From Rhizobiales bacterium 65-9 (GTDB taxonomy: Bacteria > Pseudomonadota > Alphaproteobacteria > Rhizobiales > Beijerinckiaceae), in NCBI GenBank assembly GCA_001899525.1, contig MKVY01000029.1:112733-176732 (forward strand): a stretch of 64,000 nucleotides of DNA. Direction: 5' to 3'. Positions 56,830 to 64,000 of this stretch are shown piece after piece (position 1 is the first letter of the stretch; the number at the start of each line of letters is the position of its first letter). Made by a program: the position numbers and the translations under genes. The notes below the pieces were generated by a model that was not told the DNA's origin, did no database searches, and worked only from the letters and a program-made list of their open reading frames with translations.

Positions 56830-56844
56830 CCGCAGCCAGCCGAC

Positions 56845-57786
<942 letters not shown>

Positions 57787-57901
57787 GAGATTAACGGCGC
57801 GGTGACCGATTTGTCCTTCCCGCTTTGACCGCCCTATAGGCGGTGCGCTAGAAGCAAGATGCGTGCCGCTTCTGGCGCTTGAGGGACGTTTTTCGGTCGA
57901 T

Positions 57902-59443
57902 ATGGCGCTTTCGGTAGGTCTGCACCTGCGCCAGAGCCAGGCTCTGGTGATGACGCCGCAGCTCCTGCAGGCGATCAAGCTGCTTCAGCTTTCGACGATC
58001 GAACTCGCCGCCTATGTCGACGCGGAGCTGGAACGCAATCCGCTTCTCGAACGGGTGGAAGAGGGCGCCGCGGCGGAGCCGCCGGGCCTGAACGCGGACG
58101 ACGCGCCGCCCGGCGAGCGTGTGGAGGCGCCGGCGGAGTGGGACGCGCCGCTGCTCGAAACCAGCCGCGGCGCGCTCGAGAGCAATCTCGACACCGACCT
58201 CGGCAACGCCTTTCCCGACGAGGCGCCGTCCGCCGCGACAAACGCGAACGACGATGGTCTGACCGTATCCTCGAGCGTGTGGACGGGCGTGAGCGGGGGC
58301 GGCGGCTTCGACGGCGATGGCGACGGTTTCGAACAGACCATCGCGGAGGCGCGGCCGACGCTCGCCGACCATCTGGAGCGTCAGCTCAACGAGTCGACGC
58401 CCGATCCCGCTCTGCGCTTCATCGGCCGCATGCTGATCGATGCGATCGACGCGAACGGCTATCTCTCGGAGAGCGTGCAGGAGATCGCCGCAAGGCTCGG
58501 CGCCGATCCGGGTCTCGCCGAGACGGCTCTTCGCTTGATTCAGGGTTTTGATCCGGCGGGAATCGGCGCGCGCGATCTGGCCGAATGCCTGTCGATTCAG
58601 CTGCGCGAGAAAAATCGCTTCGATCCGGCGATGAGCGCGCTCGTCGGCCGGCTCGATCTGCTCGCGAAGCGGGATTTCGGCGCGTTGATGAAAATCTGCG
58701 GCGTCGACGACGAAGATCTTCGCGACATGGTGCGCGAGATTCGCGCGCTCGATCCGAAGCCGGGACGTCTTTTCGCCAACGATGTCGCGGCGCCTGTCGT
58801 GCCCGACGTTTTCGTGCGGCCGGCGGCCGACGGAAGCTGGATCGTCGAATTGAACAGCGACGCCTTGCCGAAAGTTCTTGTGAACCAGGCCTACTACACG
58901 CGCGTCACGCGTGATGTGCGGGACGAAAAGGCGAAGACCTTCGTCCAGGATTGTTTCCAGACGGCCAACTGGCTTGCCCGCAGCCTTGATCAGCGCGCAA
59001 AGACGATTCTCAAGGTGGCGACCGAAATCGTCCGTCAACAGGACGCATTTTTCGTGAACGGCGTTTCGGAATTGCGCCCGCTTAATCTGCGCGCCATCGC
59101 TGACGCGATCGGCATGCACGAATCGACGGTGTCGCGCGTCACCTCGAACAAGTTCATGGCCACGCATCGCGGTCTGTTCGAGATGAAATATTTCTTCACC
59201 ACCTCGATCGCCGCGGCGAATGGCGGCGACGCGCATTCCGCGGAATCGGTGCGGCATCGCATCCGCGTGATGATCGACGCGGAGTCGGCGAAGGACGTGC
59301 TGTCGGATGACGCGATTGTTACGAAACTGCGTGATTCGGGGGTCGATATCGCGCGCCGGACTGTGGCGAAATACCGCGAAAGCCTGAAAATTCCATCCTC
59401 GGTCGAGCGCAAGCGCGAAAAGCTCGCGATGTCGATGCGTTGA
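57902..59443 (+). CDS. rpoN: RNA polymerase sigma-54 factor
   Basis: Region I is LRQSQALVMTPQLLQAIKLLQLS. The HTH and RpoN box ARRTVAKYRE lie near the C-terminus. Confidence 0.96.
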   Translation: MALSVGLHLRQSQALVMTPQLLQAIKLLQLSTIELAAYVDAELERNPLLERVEEGAAAEPPGLNADDAPPGERVEAPAEWDAPLLETSRGALESNLDTDLGNAFPDEAPSAATNANDDGLTVSSSVWTGVSGGGGFDGDGDGFEQTIAEARPTLADHLERQLNESTPDPALRFIGRMLIDAIDANGYLSESVQEIAARLGADPGLAETALRLIQGFDPAGIGARDLAECLSIQLREKNRFDPAMSALVGRLDLLAKRDFGALMKICGVDDEDLRDMVREIRALDPKPGRLFANDVAAPVVPDVFVRPAADGSWIVELNSDALPKVLVNQAYYTRVTRDVRDEKAKTFVQDCFQTANWLARSLDQRAKTILKVATEIVRQQDAFFVNGVSELRPLNLRAIADAIGMHESTVSRVTSNKFMATHRGLFEMKYFFTTSIAAANGGDAHSAESVRHRIRVMIDAESAKDVLSDDAIVTKLRDSGVDIARRTVAKYRESLKIPSSVERKREKLAMSMR

Positions 59444-59528
59444 CAGGCCGGAACGGTGTTCCTACGTTCAGTGTAATGAGCAGCGTGCCTCGCGCACGTC
59501 GCGCGGGGGAACTCGGGAGGCTTGATGA

Positions 59529-60113
59529 ATGCTCCGCGTTTCCGGAAAGAACATGGATGTCGGCGAAGCGTTGCGCGGCCGCGTGGGCGAGCGGCTGGAT
59601 CAGGCGCTTGGTAAATATTTCGGCCGCGGCTACAAGGGCAATGTAACCTTCGCGAAAGAAGGCTCCCGCTTCAGGTCGGATTGCGTTCTTCATCTTGATT
59701 CGGGGGCGTTGCTGCAGGCTTCCGGCGAGGCGCATGAAGCTTATGACAGTTTTAACGTCGCCGCCGAACGGATCGAGAAACGTCTGCGGCGATACAAGCG
59801 GCGGCTTCGCGAGGAGCATCCCGGCGCGCGCAACGGCGAATCAGCCCCCAACGGCCCTGTCGCGACCGATCAGGCCGTGGACACGATTTTCGAGGCTCCC
59901 GACGAGGAGGTCGAAATCGACAACGGTTATGCGCCGACCGTGGTCGCCGAAACCTCCTACGCGATCCGGCGTCTTTCCGTGGGCGAGGCGGTGCTCGCGC
60001 TGGACTTGACAGACGCCCCTTTTCTCGTGTTTCGGCACGCGGGCGACGAACGCGTCAACGTCGTGTATCGTCGGCCGGACGGCCATATCGGTTGGATCAA
60101 TCCGACAGCGTGA
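59529..60113 (+). CDS. hpf: ribosome hibernation-promoting factor, long form
   Basis: The N-terminal RaiA/HPF domain has SGKNMDVGEALR. The C-terminal dimerisation domain has RRLSVGEAVLALDLTDAPFLVF. Confidence 0.92.
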   Translation: MLRVSGKNMDVGEALRGRVGERLDQALGKYFGRGYKGNVTFAKEGSRFRSDCVLHLDSGALLQASGEAHEAYDSFNVAAERIEKRLRRYKRRLREEHPGARNGESAPNGPVATDQAVDTIFEAPDEEVEIDNGYAPTVVAETSYAIRRLSVGEAVLALDLTDAPFLVFRHAGDERVNVVYRRPDGHIGWINPTA

Positions 60114-60193
60114 GTGGAACGGTTCGATTTGCGTAAAGGCAGGTTGGCCCGCAGCTTGCCTTTGAGTGAACGGGCTGCGCCAGAGCGGTTGAA

Positions 60194-60655
60194 ATGCTGA
60201 ACGATCTACTTTCTTCCGAGGCGGTGGTGCCTGCGCTTCGGGCGGCGAATAAAAAGCAGGCGATCCAGCAACTCGCAGGTTATGCCGCCGACCTGTGGTC
60301 TCTCATCGAGAGGGACGTCTTTGACGCGCTGCTCCAGCGTGAGCGGCTCGGATCGACGGGCATCGGCAACGGCATAGCCATTCCCCATGGGAAGCTGCCC
60401 GCGGGTCGCAGGCCCGTCGGCCTGTTCGCCCGTCTGGAGCGGTCGATCGATTATGAATCGGTCGATGGCGAGCCGGTCGATCTGATTTTTCTTCTTCTCG
60501 CTCCTGAAGAAGCCGGCGCCGATCATCTGAAGGCGCTGGCCCGCGCGGCCCGCATCCTGCGCGATCCTTCTGTGACGGCGCAATTGCGCGCCACGCGCGA
60601 TTCCGCGGCGCTGCACGCCCTGTTGACGCGCGCGCCGACGCCCCACGCGGCCTGA
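60194..60655 (+). CDS. ptsN: PTS-Ntr EIIA component PtsN
   Basis: RERLGSTGIGNGIAIPHGK carries the active-site His context. It follows rpoN-hpf. Confidence 0.92.
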   Translation: MLNDLLSSEAVVPALRAANKKQAIQQLAGYAADLWSLIERDVFDALLQRERLGSTGIGNGIAIPHGKLPAGRRPVGLFARLERSIDYESVDGEPVDLIFLLLAPEEAGADHLKALARAARILRDPSVTAQLRATRDSAALHALLTRAPTPHAA

Positions 60656-60699
60656 GGCCGGAGGGGGTTTCCGCGCGCTCTGGAACCGGTCTAAGAAGC

Positions 60700-60726
60700 G
60701 GCGCGGCGGCCTCCGCCGCGCCCTTT
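60700..60726 (+). terminator. GC-rich stem-loop after ptsN
   Basis: GGCGCGGCGG-cct-CCGCCGCGCC followed by CTTTG. The U-run is weak. Confidence 0.45.
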
Positions 60727-60740
60727 GAAAGCCTGTGTCC

Positions 60741-62375
60741 ATGAACGCGCCCGTCCTTCCTCCCTATGCGCACCAGGAACTGTTTCCGCTCGGCAAGGAT
60801 AACACGGCCTATCGCAAGCTGACCTCGGACGGCGTCAGGGTCGAGCGATTCGCCGGCCGCGACATCCTCGTGGTGGAGCGCGCGGCGCTGAGACTGCTCG
60901 CCGAGCAGGCCATGATCGACATCAATCATCTCCTGCGCCCCGCGCACCTGAAGCAACTCGCCTCGATCCTCGACGATCCCGAGGCGACCGCCAATGACAG
61001 GTTCGTCGCGTATGATCTCCTGAAGAACGCCAATATCTCCGCCGGCGGCGTTCTGCCCATGTGCCAGGACACCGGCACGGCGATCGTGATGGGCAAGAAG
61101 GGCCGCCTCGTCTGGACCGATGGCGATGACGAGAGCGCGCTCGGCGAGGGCGTGCGCGACGCCTACCTGAAAAAGAATCTGCGTTATTCGCAGCTCGCTC
61201 CGGTCGCGATGTTCGAGGAGAAGAACACCAAGAACAATTTGCCGGCGCAGATCGAAATCTATGCGGAAGGCGAAGATGCCTACAAATTTCTGTTTGTCGC
61301 GAAAGGCGGCGGCTCGGCCAACAAGACGTTCCTCTATCAGGCGCCGCCCTCGATCCTCACGCATGATCGCATGATCGCTTTCCTGAAGGAGAAGATTCTG
61401 ACGCTCGGCACCGCGGCGTGCCCGCCCTATCATCTCGCGATCGTGATCGGCGGAACCTCGGCCGAGCTGACCTTGAAGACGACGAAGCTCGCCTCGACGA
61501 AATATCTCGACAATCTGCCCACGCAAGGATCGGAATCGGGCCACGCCTTTCGCGATCTTGAGATGGAGCAGGAGATTCACCGGCTCACGCAGCAGCTTGG
61601 CGTCGGCGCGCAGTTCGGCGGAAAATATTTCTGCCACGACGTGCGCGTCATTCGTCTGCCGCGTCATGGCGCGTCGCTGCCGATCGGGCTCGGCGTGTCC
61701 TGCTCGGCGGATCGGCAGGCCATGGGAAAGATCACGAAAGACGGCGTCTTTCTGGAGGAGCTGGAGCGGAACCCGGCGCGCTACATGCCGGAGATCGACG
61801 AGGCCCATCTCGGCGGAGACGTGGTTCACATCGATCTCAACCAGCCGATGGCTGATATTCTTGCGACCCTTTCGCAGCATCCGATCAGGACGCGCCTGTC
61901 GCTCAACGGCCCGATGATCGTCGCGCGCGATCTCGCCCATGCGAAAATCCGCGAGCGGCTCGAATCCGGCGCCGGCATGCCCGACTATCTGAAAAATCAT
62001 CCGGTTTATTACGCCGGCCCGGCGAAGACGCCGGAGGGATATGCGTCCGGCTCCTTCGGCCCGACGACCGCGGGCCGTATGGATTCCTATGTCGATCAGT
62101 TCCAGTCGTTTGGCGGCTCGATGGTCATGCTCGCGAAGGGCAATCGTTCTTCGGCGGTGCGCGACGCCTGCAAGCGCCACGGCGGTTTTTATCTCGGCTC
62201 CATCGGCGGCCCGGCGGCGCGTCTGGCGCAGGACTGCATTCGGCGGGTCGAGACGCTCGAATATCCCGAGTTGGGCATGGAGGCGATCTGGCGCATCGAG
62301 GTCGAGAATTTCCCTGCCTTCATCGTCGTCGATGACAAGGGGAACGATTTTTTCAAGGAGTTGAATCTCGGCTGA
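60741..62375 (+). CDS. fumA: class I (Fe-S) fumarate hydratase
   Basis: It has [23 protein letters not shown] and a C-terminal beta-domain with GGPAA...[11 protein letters not shown]. An alternative GTG start is at 60735. Confidence 0.95.
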   Translation: MNAPVLPPYAHQELFPLGKDNTAYRKLTSDGVRVERFAGRDILVVERAALRLLAEQAMIDINHLLRPAHLKQLASILDDPEATANDRFVAYDLLKNANISAGGVLPMCQDTGTAIVMGKKGRLVWTDGDDESALGEGVRDAYLKKNLRYSQLAPVAMFEEKNTKNNLPAQIEIYAEGEDAYKFLFVAKGGGSANKTFLYQAPPSILTHDRMIAFLKEKILTLGTAACPPYHLAIVIGGTSAELTLKTTKLASTKYLDNLPTQGSESGHAFRDLEMEQEIHRLTQQLGVGAQFGGKYFCHDVRVIRLPRHGASLPIGLGVSCSADRQAMGKITKDGVFLEELERNPARYMPEIDEAHLGGDVVHIDLNQPMADILATLSQHPIRTRLSLNGPMIVARDLAHAKIRERLESGAGMPDYLKNHPVYYAGPAKTPEGYASGSFGPTTAGRMDSYVDQFQSFGGSMVMLAKGNRSSAVRDACKRHGGFYLGSIGGPAARLAQDCIRRVETLEYPELGMEAIWRIEVENFPAFIVVDDKGNDFFKELNLG

Positions 62376-62485
62376 CGACGCGACGCCGGAGCATGCCGCT
62401 GTTTCCGCGAAACAGCGGCATGCTCGACGTTATTCTCGCCGCATGATGGTGTCGGAAAACCGGATTCCACTTTTCCGCATCTGCT

Positions 62486-62965
62486 CTATTCGCGCCATTG
62501 CCGCGTTGTCTGCGAGCGTTTTTTGTCGATGATCGCTTCGAGCGGGCGGACGATCACCAGCAGGGTGAGCGCGATGGCGAGGCCGGCGATAACGAGATGC
62601 CAGGATGCGAGCGCGCAGGCGATGCCGAGCGCCGCCGTCACCCACACGGTCGCGGCTGTCGTCAGCCCGTGCACCTCCAGCGCCTTGGGGTCGCGCATCA
62701 CGACCCCGGCGCCGATGAATCCGATTCCCGCCAGCACGCCCTGGATGACGCCCTGAATCACGCGGCTGAGCGCGTCCGGGTGCCCCGCGATCAGGGGATG
62801 GCTGACGGTCGCCAGCGCAGTCAGCGCCGCGCCCAGCGCCACCAGCCCAAGCGTCCTGATTCCCGTGGGCTTGCCCCACATGTCCCGGTTGACGCCGATG
62901 GCCATGCCTACCGCCGCCGCCGCGGCGAGCCGCAGAATGGCGTCGAGTTCGCTGTCGCTGATCAT
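62486..62965 (-). CDS. mgtC: MgtC/SapB-family membrane protein
   Basis: It has LRLAAAAAVGMAIGVNRDMWGKPTGIRTLGLVALGAAL, typical of MgtC. ATG 62965 is preferred over TTG 62986. Confidence 0.85.
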   Translation of the reverse strand: MISDSELDAILRLAAAAAVGMAIGVNRDMWGKPTGIRTLGLVALGAALTALATVSHPLIAGHPDALSRVIQGVIQGVLAGIGFIGAGVVMRDPKALEVHGLTTAATVWVTAALGIACALASWHLVIAGLAIALTLLVIVRPLEAIIDKKRSQTTRQWRE

Positions 62966-62990
62966 GGAGCCGTCGACGCCGCGCAAATGA

Positions 62991-63019
62991 CAAGGGCCGG
63001 AGCTTAGCTCCGGCCCTTG
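62991..63019 (-). terminator. perfect 13-bp stem-loop downstream of the KGG-protein gene
   Basis: CAAGGGCCGGAGC-tta-GCTCCGGCCCTTG. On the minus strand it is followed by UCAUUUG. Confidence 0.55.
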
Positions 63020-63035
63020 TCAAAACAAGGCAGGC

Positions 63036-63248
63036 TTATTTCTGTTGCTTGTTGTGCGATGCGTCCTGATGGCGCTGCTGTTCGGTCTGCGCAGCGCCCT
63101 TCTTGCCGGCCTCCGACGCCCGTTGCGGGTCGTTCGCGAAATTGCCGGCGTTCTGCTGCCGCTGTCCGCCGCCATGCTGGCTCTGCTGGTCGTCCGGCCG
63201 GCTGTGGGATTCGTGTCCCTGCTGCCGTGGATCGTTGTTGGCCGCCAT
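63036..63248 (-). CDS. KGG-repeat general stress protein (YciG/Con-10-like)
   Basis: 70-aa Q/G/H-rich protein with the GNFANDPQRASEAGKKG motif. Confidence 0.8.
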   Translation of the reverse strand: MAANNDPRQQGHESHSRPDDQQSQHGGGQRQQNAGNFANDPQRASEAGKKGAAQTEQQRHQDASHNKQQK

Positions 63249-63287
63249 GATGGGCTCCTTTTCCGGATATGGCCCCCATGGTCGGGA

Positions 63288-63312
63288 AACGCGCTGCGCC
63301 GGGGATTGTTCG
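63288..63312 (-). promoter_or_regulatory. EcfG-type general-stress promoter CGAAC-N16-CGTT
   Basis: On the minus strand CGAAC is at 63312-63308 and CGTT at 63291-63288, with a 16-nt spacer. The motif lies about 40 nt upstream of the KGG gene ATG. Confidence 0.55.
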
Positions 63313-63352
63313 CTCTGAAAAAGCGCTTCAATTCACGGCCTCGGCCGGCTGA

Positions 63353-64000
63353 TCATTCCGGCGTGGAGAGCAGCCGCGACACCACCTTGGCGGTGTAGTC
63401 GACCATCGGCACGATGCGTGAATAGTTGAGGCGCGTCGGCCCGATGACGCCCAGAACGCCGACGATCCGCTGCGCGCCGTCGCGGAACGGCGCCGCGATC
63501 ATCGAGGAGCCGGAAAGCGAGAACAGCCTGTTCTCGGAGCCGATGAAGATGCGGACTCCTTCTCCGCTTTCGGCTCGGTTCAGGAGGTCGATCACGCCCT
63601 TTTGCGTTTCCAGGTCCGCGAACAGCAGCCGGATGCGTTCGATGTCCTCCGCCGCCTTCACATCTTCGAGAAGATTGGCCTGGCCGCGCACGATCAGGTG
63701 CCTGTCGTCGGCCGATCCGCCCCAGTCGGCGAATCCGCGTTCGATGAGCGAGGCGGTCGCGGCGTCGAGCTCCCTCTCGATATGCGCCCGCGCAGCCATG
63801 ATCTCATGCAGCGCCTCGGCGAGGGTGCGGCCCCGGATGCGCGCATTGAGGAAATTGCTCGCCTCGGCGAGCGCCGACTGGGGCAGCCCGGCGGGGAGCT
63901 GCACGACGCGGTTTTCGATCGACCCATCGTCGGCCACCATGACGACGAGCGCGCGCAGCCCGTCGAGGGCGACGAATTCCACATGCTTGAGCCGGCTGTT
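63353..64000 (-). CDS. hrcA: heat-inducible transcription repressor HrcA, C-terminal part (5' end outside the window)
   Basis: It has [22 protein letters not shown]..., [19 protein letters not shown] and [19 protein letters not shown] motifs. The frame is open to the window edge. Confidence 0.9.
   Translation of the reverse strand, partial: NSRLKHVEFVALDGLRALVVMVADDGSIENRVVQLPAGLPQSALAEASNFLNARIRGRTLAEALHEIMAARAHIERELDAATASLIERGFADWGGSADDRHLIVRGQANLLEDVKAAEDIERIRLLFADLETQKGVIDLLNRAESGEGVRIFIGSENRLFSLSGSSMIAAPFRDGAQRIVGVLGVIGPTRLNYSRIVPMVDYTAKVVSRLLSTPE

Overview
High-GC (roughly 65-70% by eye) alphaproteobacterial chromosomal core segment. It looks Hyphomicrobiales-like: gcrA, lptC-lptA-lptB-rpoN-hpf-ptsN, an EcfG-type promoter and GANTC sites are present. 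Many long antisense shadow ORFs are composition artefacts. I support about 75 protein-coding genes. By eye I found no rRNA, tRNA, CRISPR array, IS element or integrase. Gene content in window order: a partial ylxR-like gene; nusA and rimP behind a promoter plus leader terminator; phoR and pstSCAB-phoU-phoB with three phased Pho-box half-sites; gcrA; argG; an MBL hydrolase; bioY; queG; a GST; uppP; hslO coupled to a VOC gene; argD-argF; a DsbA-like isomerase; moeB; pheS-(SH3 gene)-pheT; an accessory block (MFS, LOG, thioesterase, DUF2269, SDR-DoxX); rpmI-rplT; a NitT/TauT-type ABC operon with an embedded PNP/UDP-family phosphorylase; infC with an ATT start; GT4; a hydrolase; DUF1311; DUF599; a low-GC GIY-YIG-like plus HicB cassette; an SDR; pdxH; cbpA-like; an ECF sigma/anti-sigma pair; fabI; a histidine phosphatase; a low-GC orphan gene; panC; aroC; xseB; pirin; a mazE(DUF3018)-mazF-tlyA-rlmD-like chain preceded by three perfect 12-bp palindromes; an MBL hydrolase; DUF1127; rnd-like; lptCAB-rpoN-hpf-ptsN; fumA; mgtC; a KGG stress protein; and partial hrcA. 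Four-nucleotide ATGA/GTGA stop-start overlaps are frequent. The candidates most worth a second look are the GIY-YIG-like/HicB cassette, the 285-aa low-GC orphan, the TA module fused to rRNA methyltransferase genes together with its operator array, the ABC-plus-phosphorylase operon, and the rimP-nusA leader terminator. All functional calls come from reading the translations and motifs by eye. No database search was run.
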